DNA of 64,000 bases, taken from assembly GCA_963704905.1 (NCBI GenBank), contig CAVPHZ010000002.1, positions 203,011 through 267,010 on the forward strand. Direction: 5' to 3'. This DNA is from Candidatus Chisholmbacteria bacterium (GTDB lineage: Bacteria > Patescibacteriota > Microgenomatia > UBA1400 > Chisholmbacteraceae). Of the stretch, positions 1-11,455 are shown one piece after another. The first letter of the stretch is position 1, and each line of letters opens with the position of its first letter. Position numbers and translations under genes: made by a program. Under the pieces are notes generated by a model. That model had not been told where the DNA came from. It did not search any database and saw nothing but the letters and a program-made list of their open reading frames with translations.

Positions 1-2
1 AA

Positions 3-194
3 GCAGGTTGGCAGATAATAGTATCGCATCGCTCAGGAGAAACGAATGATGATTTCATTGCTGATTTTGCGGTTGGTATTGGTGCTCACTATGCAAAATT
101 TGGAGCTCCTGCACGAGGTGAGCGGGTAGCCAAGTACAACAGACTCCTTCGCATAGAAGAGCAACTTTCTTCTCGGCATCAAAATCAAAGTTAG
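3..194 (+). CDS. eno: Enolase, C-terminal fragment (5' end outside window)
   Basis: Manual translation gives [14 protein letters not shown]...[22 protein letters not shown], containing the enolase SHRSGET and RxAKYN motifs. Confidence 0.95.
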   Translation, partial: AGWQIIVSHRSGETNDDFIADFAVGIGAHYAKFGAPARGERVAKYNRLLRIEEQLSSRHQNQS

Positions 195-218
195 AGACAG
201 TTTTTGTTCAATATTTTT

Positions 219-1853
219 ATGGCACCTATTCCAAAACCTCTAGTGTTAGTCATACTTGACGGTTGGGGATATACGTCAACGAAAACACCCGGAAATGCAA
301 TTTCTGAGGCTCAAACTCCGAATTTAGACAAGTTATACGCAGAGTATCCACATACCCTTTTAGATGCATCTGGAGAGGCTGTTGGGCTTCCGCATGGGGA
401 GGCGGGAAATACAGAAACCGGTCATCTTAACATTGGTGCGGGAAGAGTTGTGCTCCAGGATCTTCCCAGAATAAACATGTCAATAGCCGATGGATCATAT
501 TTTGAAAACGATGCGTTTATCAAAGCAGTAGAGCACGTTCACGATAATCAGAGTACCTTTCATATCCTTGGTCTTCTAGGTGCGGGAGGTGTTCATTCCA
601 ATCTTGAGCATATCTTTGCATTGCTTCACTTAGCCAAGGAAAACAATGTAAAAAGACTTGCATTTCACGTTATAACTGATGGCCGTGATTCTCCTCCGAC
701 ATCCGCATTAACCTACATCGGACAGCTCAACGAGAAGATAAAAACAACTAAAATAGGAAAAATTTCTTCAATTTCTGGGAGATACTATGCTATGGATAGG
801 GATCACCGCTGGGAACGGACTGAAAAAAGCTATAGAACTCTTACCTCAGGTGATGGAAAAATAGCTTCAACACCTGAGCAAGCAGTCAATCAATCCTACA
901 GATCAGGGAAAACAGACGAATTTATTGAACCGACGATAATTGTTGGCTCACATGACGAGCAACCAGTTCTAATTAGAGAGAACGATAGTGTGATCTTTGC
1001 AAATTTTCGTATTGATAGACCCAGGCAATTAACTAAAGCCTTTGTTCTTCCAAATTTTGAAGACTCTGCCAACAGAAAACCAGGTTTCGATCCATACGCT
1101 GTAAAATATTACAAAAAACACGAGGTCGACACAGAAACACAAACAAAACCATTTTCTCGAGGAGATCGGATAAAAAATCTGTTCTTCGTTACCATGACAG
1201 AATACGAAAGAGGCTTACCAGTTTCTGTAGCGTTTCCCCCTCAACCAATTCAAACTCCCCTAGGACAAGTATTGGCAAAAAAAAGCCTCAAACAACTTCG
1301 TATCGCTGAAACAGAAAAAGAACGATTTGTCACCTACTACTTTAACGGTCTCCGAGAAGATCCATTTCCAGGGGAAGATCTCATCATCATCCCTTCACCA
1401 AAGGTGAGTACATATGATCAACAGCCACAAATGTCAGCCCCAGAAATTACCGAAGCAGTACTCGAGCGCGTAGGTGAAGGCTTATATGACGTGATGATTA
1501 TAAATTTTGCAAATCCGGACATGGTTGCTCACACAGGAAACCTTAAAGCTACAATAGATGCTTGCCAGGTCGTCGATGGATCTGTTGGACAAATTGTAGA
1601 AAAAACACTGACTGTCAATGGTGCACTTATTATCACAGCCGATCACGGAAACGCCGAACAATTGCTCAATCCAGATTCAGGTGCGATTATCACCGAGCAT
1701 TCGAGTAATCCAGTTCCATTGATATTGGTTTCAAAGCAATATCATAAATCAACAAAATTACCGCAAGGGGTACTTGCCGACATTGCTCCAACTATGTTAC
1801 AAATGTTAAAGATATCAAAACCTAAGGAGATGACCGGTAGGTCGCTAATTTAA
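219..1853 (+). CDS. gpmI: 2,3-bisphosphoglycerate-independent phosphoglycerate mutase
   Basis: LVILDGWG, GNTETGH, DGRD, GRYYAMDRD, NFANPDMVAHTG and TADHGNAE motifs; ATG at 219 chosen as start. Confidence 0.95.
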   Translation: MAPIPKPLVLVILDGWGYTSTKTPGNAISEAQTPNLDKLYAEYPHTLLDASGEAVGLPHGEAGNTETGHLNIGAGRVVLQDLPRINMSIADGSYFENDAFIKAVEHVHDNQSTFHILGLLGAGGVHSNLEHIFALLHLAKENNVKRLAFHVITDGRDSPPTSALTYIGQLNEKIKTTKIGKISSISGRYYAMDRDHRWERTEKSYRTLTSGDGKIASTPEQAVNQSYRSGKTDEFIEPTIIVGSHDEQPVLIRENDSVIFANFRIDRPRQLTKAFVLPNFEDSANRKPGFDPYAVKYYKKHEVDTETQTKPFSRGDRIKNLFFVTMTEYERGLPVSVAFPPQPIQTPLGQVLAKKSLKQLRIAETEKERFVTYYFNGLREDPFPGEDLIIIPSPKVSTYDQQPQMSAPEITEAVLERVGEGLYDVMIINFANPDMVAHTGNLKATIDACQVVDGSVGQIVEKTLTVNGALIITADHGNAEQLLNPDSGAIITEHSSNPVPLILVSKQYHKSTKLPQGVLADIAPTMLQMLKISKPKEMTGRSLI

Positions 1854-1855
1854 TT

Positions 1856-3598
1856 ATGAAAGTTGAAATATTTAAAAAAGATGTAAAATCCCTGAAAAAA
1901 ACTCCTAATCTTCCAGATTATGATGCCTACCACCAAAAATTTAAATGGAGCGATGCAAAAGATGAAATTGAATACTTTAGCGGTAAACTAAACGCAGCCT
2001 ATAATGCAGTTGACCGCAATGCAAATAATTGGAGAAAAAATAAAATTGCCTTATATTGGGAAGGTGACGAAGGTAACAAGCTCAGATACACCTTCACTGA
2101 TCTTTACAAGAGATCGAATCAATTCAGCAATCTCCTTCATACTCTAGATGTTCAAAAAAGCGATAGAGTCTTTTTCTTCCTCCCCAGAGTTCCAGAGTTG
2201 TACTATGGCTTTCTTGGTACCGTAAAACGTGGCAGCATAGCCGGAACCATGTTTTCTGCCTTTGGTCCTAAAGCAATTCAAGACCGTCTTGGTAACAGCA
2301 GTGCCAAAGTAGTTGTGACAAATAAAGAGTTGCTTCCCAGAGTTCTGAAAGTTGTAAAAGACCTTCCGGAATTGGAAACTATTCTGCTAGTCGATTCAAC
2401 CCAGGAGAAAAAGGAAGGACACGCGCGAATCGTTTCTCTGAGAAAACTCATCGATAAAGAGAAGGAAAGCTACGAGACTCGCATGATGAATCCAGAGGAT
2501 CCCGCTTTCATGCTCTACACTTCAGGAACAACTGGTAAACCGAAAGGTGTTATTCATGCACATCGCTCAATTCTTCATGAACACATGAGCGCTAAATGGG
2601 TCCTCGACCTCCAAGAAGACGATGTCTACTGGTGCACGGCTGATCCAGGATGGGTCACTGGTATTGCCTACGAAATCCTTGGAAGTTGGTCTAACGGTGC
2701 TTCTTCCGTTGTCTATGCAGGCCGTTTTAGTCCAGAAAAATGGTATGAAATCATTCAAGAATATAGTGTAAACGTTTGGTATACAGCACCTACAGCCATC
2801 AGAATGCTGGCTGCAGCCAAGGGAAATCCCTCTAAAAACTACGATTTCAGTTCTCTGAGGCATTTGGCAAGTGTTGGCGAGCCTCTCAATCCAGAGCCTA
2901 TCCGTTGGGGTCTAAAAACCTTTGGTTTACCATTCCACGACAATTGGTGGCAAACCGAGACTGGCGGGATTCTCATTGCCAATTATCCTTCTATGGATAT
3001 CAGACTCGGATCCATGGGTAAACCCTTGCCGGGAGTACATGCTGCAATTATTGATGATGAGGGTAAAGAACTTGGACCGAATCAGGAAGGCGACTTAGCA
3101 ATAAAGCCTGGTTGGCCATCGATGATGAAGACCATTTGGCGCAGGCCAAAAAAATACGATTCATATTTCCTCAAAGGCTGGTACATCAGCGGTGACCGTG
3201 CCTTCAAAGACAAGGATGGATATTTTTGGTTCATCGGTCGCGCAGACGATGTTATTAAAACAGCAGGGGAGCGGGTTGGTCCTTTCGAGGTCGAGTCCGC
3301 ACTTGTAGAACATCCTGACATCATTGAAGCTGGTGTTATTGGAAAGCCCGACGCTATGCGCGGTGAAATCATCAAAGCCTTTGTTACGCTCCGACCTGGA
3401 GTAGAGCAAACCGAGAAGCTTAAAGAGGAAATTCAAGTGTTTATCAAAAAGCATCTTGCAGGTCATGCCTACCCTCGCGAAATAGAATTTAAGGATGATC
3501 TCCCCAAAACCCGTTCTGGGAAAATTATGCGCAGGATGCTTAAAGCGCAAGAACTTGGACTACCCATAGGAGATACCTCTACCTTAGCCAAATTTTAG
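1856..3598 (+). CDS. acsA: AMP-forming acetate--CoA ligase
   Basis: YTSGTTGKPKG, WWQTETGG, GRADD and LPKTRSGKIMRR motifs. Confidence 0.92.
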   Translation: MKVEIFKKDVKSLKKTPNLPDYDAYHQKFKWSDAKDEIEYFSGKLNAAYNAVDRNANNWRKNKIALYWEGDEGNKLRYTFTDLYKRSNQFSNLLHTLDVQKSDRVFFFLPRVPELYYGFLGTVKRGSIAGTMFSAFGPKAIQDRLGNSSAKVVVTNKELLPRVLKVVKDLPELETILLVDSTQEKKEGHARIVSLRKLIDKEKESYETRMMNPEDPAFMLYTSGTTGKPKGVIHAHRSILHEHMSAKWVLDLQEDDVYWCTADPGWVTGIAYEILGSWSNGASSVVYAGRFSPEKWYEIIQEYSVNVWYTAPTAIRMLAAAKGNPSKNYDFSSLRHLASVGEPLNPEPIRWGLKTFGLPFHDNWWQTETGGILIANYPSMDIRLGSMGKPLPGVHAAIIDDEGKELGPNQEGDLAIKPGWPSMMKTIWRRPKKYDSYFLKGWYISGDRAFKDKDGYFWFIGRADDVIKTAGERVGPFEVESALVEHPDIIEAGVIGKPDAMRGEIIKAFVTLRPGVEQTEKLKEEIQVFIKKHLAGHAYPREIEFKDDLPKTRSGKIMRRMLKAQELGLPIGDTSTLAKF

Positions 3599-3617
3599 GT
3601 CCAACTAGGAAAGCAGC

Positions 3618-5348
3618 ATGCCATCAATAGATCTAAATTGGAAAGTTGCCGGCTTTGCCGGAGAAGGAATCATGACAACCGGTTTGCTTTTTAGCAAAGT
3701 CTGCGCTCGTCATGGCCTCAACATTTTTGACTATACCGAGTATCCATCCCTCATTCGTGGCGGACACAATACCTATCAGGTGTTTGCCTCAAAAGATGAA
3801 GCAGTCGTTCAAAAGAAACAACTAAATCTCCTCGTTGCATTAAATAAAAATGCTCTAAATTTTCATAAGGACGAATTAAATGAAAATTCATTGGTAATTT
3901 ATGACAAAGAGGACGACAACATTAACATTGAAGAATTTTCTCTCCCTGGTAACTCATTCAATCTTCCCATGGTTCGCCTGGCAGAAGAATCGGGTGCTCA
4001 ACGTGTGATGTCAAATAATGTCGCAGTTGGAGCCTCATTATTTTTTCTGGGTTTAGATTTTAACATTCTCGAAGACCTTATCAAAGATATTTTTGGCAAC
4101 AAAGGCGAAGAAGTTGTGAATTTAAACAAGAACGCCGCCCGAGCTGGATACGATTTTGCCAAAGCCAACGGACAGTCGTTGATGGAAATTGAAAAACAAG
4201 ATCCAGGGAATCGATATACGCTTACCGGGAATGAAGCCGTAGGTCTTGGTGCAATTGCCGGTGGATTACAGTGTTACATTGCCTATCCGATGACTCCATC
4301 CAGCTCAGTTCTTCACTTCCTAGCAGCCAAGGCTGCAGATGCAAACATTGTTGTAAAGCATGCAGAAGATGAAATAAGTGTTATAAACATGGCTTTAGGT
4401 GCATCATTTTCTGGCGTTCGTGTCATGGTAGGAACTTCCGGTGGAGGATTTTGCTACATGACAGAAGCTTTGGGTTTGAGTGGAATTGCAGAACTACCCA
4501 TAGTAGTTTTTGTTGCCATGCGGCCCGGTCCAGCACTTGGCATGCCAACTTGGACTGCTCAGGGGGATTTGCAGTTCTTAATCAGCGCCAGCCAGGACGA
4601 ATTTCCCCGTTTTGTCTTGACACCCAGCAATGCTCAAGAATCGTTTGAATTAACCAGCGCAGCTGTAAATCTAGCAGAAAAGTATCAAACACCTGTAATA
4701 GTTGCAACTGACAAATTTATTGCTGAGAGCCGCCACACAATAGCGCTTGAAGGACAAACATTCAACAACAGTCGATTTGGATTTTCTCAAAATCCTCAGC
4801 CTGATGATTCTGGATTTTTCCCAAGATTTTCACCTACCGAAAATGGCGTAAGTGAGCGCGCCATTCCGGGTATATCAGGTGGAAATTACATTGCCAATTC
4901 CTATGAGCACGATCAATATGGTTTGGCAACCGAAGTTGCGGTAGTTCGACAAGCGCAAATGGAAAAACGATTTAAAAAATTTGAACATATGAAAAAAGAA
5001 GTACCACAGCAGTATTTCGATTCACAAGATGATGCAAAACTCACCTTCATTTCTTATGGCTCTTCAAAAGGCGTGATACAGGAAGCCAGAAAAATGCTCA
5101 GTAGAGATGGCGTCAACTCTAACATGCTCCATATCTCTTGGGCTTGGCCATTCCCTGCCGAGCAGGTTAAGTCGGTACTTGATCAATCACCGAAAACTCT
5201 TGCCGTGGAAGGAAACTACCAAGGACAACTCGCCCGTCTTATTGCTCAAGAAACGGGAGTCCAAGTTCAAAATCATCTGCATAAGTATGATGGCAGACCA
5301 TTTTATATAGACGATATTGTTAATCATGTTAAAGGGATGAACCTCTAA
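3618..5348 (+). CDS. 2-oxoacid:ferredoxin oxidoreductase alpha subunit (fused gamma domain)
   Basis: YPSLIRGGH, GNEAVGLGA, YPMTPSS, AEDEI, TSGGG and RPGPALGMPT motifs. Confidence 0.92.
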   Translation: MPSIDLNWKVAGFAGEGIMTTGLLFSKVCARHGLNIFDYTEYPSLIRGGHNTYQVFASKDEAVVQKKQLNLLVALNKNALNFHKDELNENSLVIYDKEDDNINIEEFSLPGNSFNLPMVRLAEESGAQRVMSNNVAVGASLFFLGLDFNILEDLIKDIFGNKGEEVVNLNKNAARAGYDFAKANGQSLMEIEKQDPGNRYTLTGNEAVGLGAIAGGLQCYIAYPMTPSSSVLHFLAAKAADANIVVKHAEDEISVINMALGASFSGVRVMVGTSGGGFCYMTEALGLSGIAELPIVVFVAMRPGPALGMPTWTAQGDLQFLISASQDEFPRFVLTPSNAQESFELTSAAVNLAEKYQTPVIVATDKFIAESRHTIALEGQTFNNSRFGFSQNPQPDDSGFFPRFSPTENGVSERAIPGISGGNYIANSYEHDQYGLATEVAVVRQAQMEKRFKKFEHMKKEVPQQYFDSQDDAKLTFISYGSSKGVIQEARKMLSRDGVNSNMLHISWAWPFPAEQVKSVLDQSPKTLAVEGNYQGQLARLIAQETGVQVQNHLHKYDGRPFYIDDIVNHVKGMNL

Positions 5349-5355
5349 GAATACT

Positions 5356-6276
5356 ATGGATCAAAATCAAAACTCTCAAAACCAACCATCACCAGCACAA
5401 CCCTCAGATCAAGATCGATATGGCAGATCATCTGCAGGAGCAAAATATCCTAAAAATCCGACTTGGTGTCCTGGGTGTGGCAACTATGCGATTTGGGGAG
5501 CCATAAAAATGGGAATTAAAAATCTTGCCTATCCCAAGGAAAAGATTGTGATGTTCTACGATGTCGGATGTTCAGGAAATATGGCAGACTTTAATGAATA
5601 TTATGGATTCCATGCATTGCACGGTCGAGCTCTGCCTCCTGCAGTTGGCGCAAAGTTAGCCAATCATGAGCTTAAACCGCTAGTGATCATAGGAGATGGT
5701 GGTTGCTACGGAGAAGGTGGTACCCATTTTCTCAACCTCATGCGCGGAAACCACGATATTACAGTGCTAGTCCACGATAATCATCGGTACAGCTTAACCA
5801 CCGGTCAAATGAGTCCAACCACCGACAAGGGTGTTAAGACCAAATCCACACCGGAAGGAACTATCGAGGAACCAATGATTCCCATGGCAATTGCGGTCAG
5901 CAATCATGCAACTTTTGTTGCCAGAGAATTTGCGGGAGATATTCCTAAACTCGCTTCTCGGATTACCGAAGCCATGAATCACGTTGGATTTTCTATAATC
6001 GACATCCTTCAACCATGTCCGGTGATGAACCCAGCTCAAGGGTACGACTGGTACAGAGAGCAGATGGTATATCTAGAGAATGAAAATCATGATCCATCCA
6101 GCAAAGAAAGCGCCTGGAAACAGTCAATGAGAGATGACAAACTTCCGGTTGGTCTTTTCTACAAGGAAGAAAAACCAGCCTACCACCAGCAGGTGAGCGA
6201 ACTTTCTGAAAAACCACTCATTCAGCATCAGATAGAATCTGTCGATTTGTCTAAACTGCTCCACCAGTTTAAATAA
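5356..6276 (+). CDS. 2-oxoacid:ferredoxin oxidoreductase beta subunit (TPP-binding)
   Basis: WCPGCGN, HGRALP, GDGG, YSLTTGQMSPT and LQPCP motifs. Confidence 0.92.
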   Translation: MDQNQNSQNQPSPAQPSDQDRYGRSSAGAKYPKNPTWCPGCGNYAIWGAIKMGIKNLAYPKEKIVMFYDVGCSGNMADFNEYYGFHALHGRALPPAVGAKLANHELKPLVIIGDGGCYGEGGTHFLNLMRGNHDITVLVHDNHRYSLTTGQMSPTTDKGVKTKSTPEGTIEEPMIPMAIAVSNHATFVAREFAGDIPKLASRITEAMNHVGFSIIDILQPCPVMNPAQGYDWYREQMVYLENENHDPSSKESAWKQSMRDDKLPVGLFYKEEKPAYHQQVSELSEKPLIQHQIESVDLSKLLHQFK

Positions 6277-7268
6277 TGAATCAATTTCCACCTTCCTCAG
6301 CGGCTCGGATAATGACAGAAAATGTTCCCACAGCAAAACCGGACGATACGGTTTCCTCAGTTCTTCAACACATCAAACAACAAGTCCCTTCCTTTGACAG
6401 CATAAGCTACACGTACGTGGTTGGCTCAAGTGGAAAACTTCTGGGTGTGGTATCCATAGGCTCACTATTGAAAGCCAAAGATTCCCAATTAGTACACGAT
6501 GTTATGACCAAAGATATCATTTCAGTCCATCCCTACACTGACCAAGAACACGTTGCCATGCTAGCAATTGAGCACAATATCAAAGCGATTCCAGTCATTG
6601 ACAGAAATGATTTATTCCGCGGTACTGTAGCAAACGACAGGATTTTGAGCATCCTTCATGAAGAACATATTGAAGATATTTTGAAATTATCCGGAATCGA
6701 TGTCAGTGTCATCAAGAGTTCAGAAATAAAATTAAAAAGTACATCATCTTCACTCCGGATGCGCATTCCTTGGCTTTTATTAGGTCTTTTTGGTGGGTTG
6801 ATAACAACTTTGTTAGTTTCACAGTTTGAAGCGTTAATTCAGGAAATCATAGCGCTTTCGTTTTTCATTCCAGTTGTTGCCTACTTAAGCGGAGCAATTG
6901 CCAATCAAACACAATCAATGCTCATACGAAACGTGATTGTAAGAGGTCTCAACATTAAAAAGTATTACTTTTCTGAGCTAGTCAGTGGCACGATTTTAGG
7001 AGCATTCTTCGGTATTCTGCTTGGTGTCATCTCCTATTTTTGGCTCAAAATTCCGGAAATTTCACTTACAATAGCAATTTCAATGACTATCAATGCAGCG
7101 TTATCAACAACCACCTCTACCTTCATCCCCTGGTTTTTAACTAAGTCCAATAAGGATCCTGCCTTTGCAGCTGGTCCATTTTCTATTGTTATTCAAGATA
7201 TGATGAATATCATCGTATACTTGACGACTGCATCCATAATATTTAACCTAACCAATTTTTCTGCATGA
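6276..7268 (+). CDS. mgtE: Magnesium transporter MgtE family (CBS pair plus membrane domain)
   Basis: N-terminal CBS repeats, RIPWLL motif, five hydrophobic helices and DPAFAAGPF...QD. Confidence 0.85.
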   Translation: MNQFPPSSAARIMTENVPTAKPDDTVSSVLQHIKQQVPSFDSISYTYVVGSSGKLLGVVSIGSLLKAKDSQLVHDVMTKDIISVHPYTDQEHVAMLAIEHNIKAIPVIDRNDLFRGTVANDRILSILHEEHIEDILKLSGIDVSVIKSSEIKLKSTSSSLRMRIPWLLLGLFGGLITTLLVSQFEALIQEIIALSFFIPVVAYLSGAIANQTQSMLIRNVIVRGLNIKKYYFSELVSGTILGAFFGILLGVISYFWLKIPEISLTIAISMTINAALSTTTSTFIPWFLTKSNKDPAFAAGPFSIVIQDMMNIIVYLTTASIIFNLTNFSA

Positions 7269-8446
7269 AGAACATCAAAAGTCTTTCTGAACTAAACCTA
7301 GAAGGTAAACGGATTTTAATGCGCGTTGATTTCAATGTTTCACTTCAGGGAAAAATAATTGCCGACGATACACGAATCAAACAAGCGATCCCTACCATTA
7401 AATATCTTCTCGAAAAGAACGCTGGTATCATTCTTGTTTCACATCTTGGTAGGCCAGATGGAAAACGAGTAAATAAATTCTCTATTGCCCCTGCAGCTCA
7501 TCGTCTCAGCCTGCTTATAAAAAAACCTATTTCGGTTGTAAACGACTTCACCAAGAATCATGAAAAAGCCACATTACTTAAATTAAAACCCGGTGAAATT
7601 AAAATGTTGGAAAATATTAGATTTTATCCGCAGGAAGAGAGAAATGATTACCAGTTTTCCCAAGCACTTGCATCCCTTGCAGATGTCTATATTAACGACG
7701 CCTTTGGCGTTAATCACAGAGTGCACAGCTCTACAGTCGGCGTTGCAAGCTTTCTTCCCAAAGCCGCCGGTCTCCTCCTGGAAAAAGAAATTGAGATGAT
7801 CTCGAAGCTAGTAAAAAAACCTAAAAGACCGTTTGTTGCCATCATCGGTGGTGCTAAGGCAGAAACGAAAATTACACTCATCGACCGTCTCTTAGAAATG
7901 GCTGATCAATTGCTCATTGGAGGAGGTGTGGCAAATACATTCTTTAAGGCCTGGGGACTCGAAGTTGGTGATTCTCTTGTAAATCACGAAATGGTTGAAC
8001 TGAGCCGAAAACTCTTTTGGAAGGCCTTACAATCAAACACTGCTATGGTATTACCGCAGGATGTAGTTATAGGGAGTCTAAAAGAGAACAAAATCATTCG
8101 CGTCTCTTCTAGAGAAAATATTTCTAAAAATGGGAGAGTGTTGGATATTGGACCACACACACAAGCAGAGTTTGGCGCAATAATAGCCAAAGCAAAAACG
8201 ATTGTATGGAACGGTCCAATGGGAGTATACGAGAGTTCCAAATTTCGGCTTGGCACAGATTTTGTTTATCATGCGATAGCCGCAAATAAAGATGCATTTT
8301 CAGTTGTAGGAGGTGGAGACACGCTCGCTGCGCTTACCCACAAACATCTGGTTGACGAAATTACCCACATCTCTACCGGCGGTGGATCCATGCTTGAGTA
8401 TATTGAGAAAGGTACGTTACCTGCAATCGAAGCATTGAAGAACTAA
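7265..8446 (+). CDS. pgk: Phosphoglycerate kinase
   Basis: RVDFNV, SHLGRP, LENIRF, NDAFG, WNGPMG and HISTGGG motifs. Confidence 0.96.
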   Translation: MKNIKSLSELNLEGKRILMRVDFNVSLQGKIIADDTRIKQAIPTIKYLLEKNAGIILVSHLGRPDGKRVNKFSIAPAAHRLSLLIKKPISVVNDFTKNHEKATLLKLKPGEIKMLENIRFYPQEERNDYQFSQALASLADVYINDAFGVNHRVHSSTVGVASFLPKAAGLLLEKEIEMISKLVKKPKRPFVAIIGGAKAETKITLIDRLLEMADQLLIGGGVANTFFKAWGLEVGDSLVNHEMVELSRKLFWKALQSNTAMVLPQDVVIGSLKENKIIRVSSRENISKNGRVLDIGPHTQAEFGAIIAKAKTIVWNGPMGVYESSKFRLGTDFVYHAIAANKDAFSVVGGGDTLAALTHKHLVDEITHISTGGGSMLEYIEKGTLPAIEALKN

Positions 8447-8457
8447 TCACATCCAAA

Positions 8458-9078
8458 TTACAATCCAAATCTACGTATGAGTCCAACGACCTTACCTTGA
8501 ATACGTACATTTTTAGCAAATATTGGACTCATCTGAGAATTTGCAGGTTCAAGACGAACCCGTGTTGCTTCCTTGAAATATCGCTTGAGTGTTGCTAAAC
8601 CATTTTCAAGCAGGGCAACAACAATATCACCATCATAAACCTCATCTTGTTCTTCAATGACAACATAGTCACCGTCAAGAATACCTTCTTCAATCATACT
8701 TTCGCCTTTGACCTGGAGTACATAGGATCGTTTTTTACCGGTTATCATCGTAGGTGATACACGAAACTGTGCATTTGGATCAGTATGAGGCTCTATTGGT
8801 TGACCAGCAGCGATGTAACCCATGATTGGAAGTTCAAGGCCATCAGTATTCCTTCCGACCGTTCGATCAAGCAATTCAATACCACGAACTGCACCATCAT
8901 ATTTTTTAATCACTCCCTTTTTCTCAAGTGCTTGAAGATGCTCATGAACAGTGGCTAGTGAAGAGACATTAATCGAATCAGCAATATTTTGCAGAGTTGG
9001 TGAGTATCCATTTTTCTGAATGTACTGAGAAATAAAATCAACAATCTGTCTTTGTCTGCGGTAGAGTGTAACTGGCAT
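8458..9078 (-). CDS. lexA: SOS repressor LexA
   Basis: N-terminal winged HTH, IAAG cleavage site, GESM catalytic Ser and TLKR catalytic Lys. Confidence 0.95.
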   Translation of the reverse strand: MPVTLYRRQRQIVDFISQYIQKNGYSPTLQNIADSINVSSLATVHEHLQALEKKGVIKKYDGAVRGIELLDRTVGRNTDGLELPIMGYIAAGQPIEPHTDPNAQFRVSPTMITGKKRSYVLQVKGESMIEEGILDGDYVVIEEQDEVYDGDIVVALLENGLATLKRYFKEATRVRLEPANSQMSPIFAKNVRIQGKVVGLIRRFGL

Positions 9079-9206
9079 AGATTTGTTCCTTTCGTTTATA
9101 GTTGATTGGGGTTATATTATTGTTCTCTGCGGGTCATATTAGCCCAAATAATTCCCGACTGTCAATGGGTACAAATGTCTCAAACAAGATCAAGTATAAT
9201 AGAGCT

Positions 9207-11219
<2,013 letters not shown>

Positions 11220-11235
11220 ATTAAAAGCCGAATCT

Positions 11236-11397
11236 ATGCCTGGAGATGAAGAAACCAAACCAAATGGAGTTGAGTTGCACAAAGATGAAAAAATGCAATC
11301 GGCGGTTCGTCGTTTGATTCAAAAACTGGGTGGCAATCCAGACAAACCAAAACAATCCACTGAAAACCAAAATAATACTGAATCAGACTCTTCTTAA
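11236..11397 (+). CDS. Small hypothetical protein
   Basis: 53-codon ATG ORF filling the uvrB-uvrA gap; no recognised motif. Confidence 0.4.
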   Translation: MPGDEETKPNGVELHKDEKMQSAVRRLIQKLGGNPDKPKQSTENQNNTESDSS

Positions 11398-11455
11398 TAA
11401 ATTTACTCAGGAATCTTCTTTTTAGATTGATTGTCTGCTACAATGTCCGATTGCA

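Noticed and set aside
9102-9206. N-terminal extension of UvrB in the ORF track
   Set aside because: Homology starts at MKFQL...PTGDQP (ATG 9207); the upstream region is the lexA/uvrB promoter.
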